Below, in pieces: positions 63,956-64,000 of a stretch of 64,000 nucleotides of DNA. The stretch lies in NCBI GenBank assembly GCA_964016885.1, contig OZ024741.1, positions 267,406,001 to 267,470,000 on the forward strand, given 5' to 3'. A program made the translations under genes and the position numbers. The first letter of the stretch is position 1, and each line of letters starts with the position of its first letter. The notes beneath the pieces are model-generated. The model did not search any database, was not told the origin of the DNA, and saw only the letters and a list, made by a program, of their open reading frames with translations. Origin of the DNA: Eledone cirrhosa (taxonomy: Eukaryota).

Positions 63956-64000
63956 ATATCTATATCTATATATATATATGTATATATCTATATATATATA

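Overview
Repeat-saturated animal genomic DNA. The (TA)n density and the SINE/RTE families resemble Octopus, which is an inference. Two plus-strand exons of a coiled-coil host gene (631-843 and 54273-54426, both phase 0 at the join) bracket a ~53.4 kb intron packed with mobile DNA, mostly inserted into (TA)n tracts. The mobile DNA includes an intact 1022-aa RTE-clade LINE (APE + RT with an inserted PHD-like finger) and several related RTE families, tRNA-head SINEs carrying the RTE 3' tail, a DD37D (maT) mariner remnant and two Penelope-like (GIY-YIG) elements. The main signal is not in the ORF track. By manual folding, the window holds about 30 type-I hammerhead ribozyme (HHR) motifs from about 14 sequence families. 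Thirteen sit in a 5.9-kb array of near-identical 468-bp units whose terminal inversion has exact twin-priming geometry. This suggests the array was retrotransposed from a multimeric or circular ribozyme RNA (a retrozyme), not expanded as a DNA satellite. Several other HHR elements are 1.1-1.4-mer partial tandems or fold-back palindromes, and several have non-canonical catalytic cores. All HHR calls come from reading and folding by eye and need covariance-model and cleavage tests.
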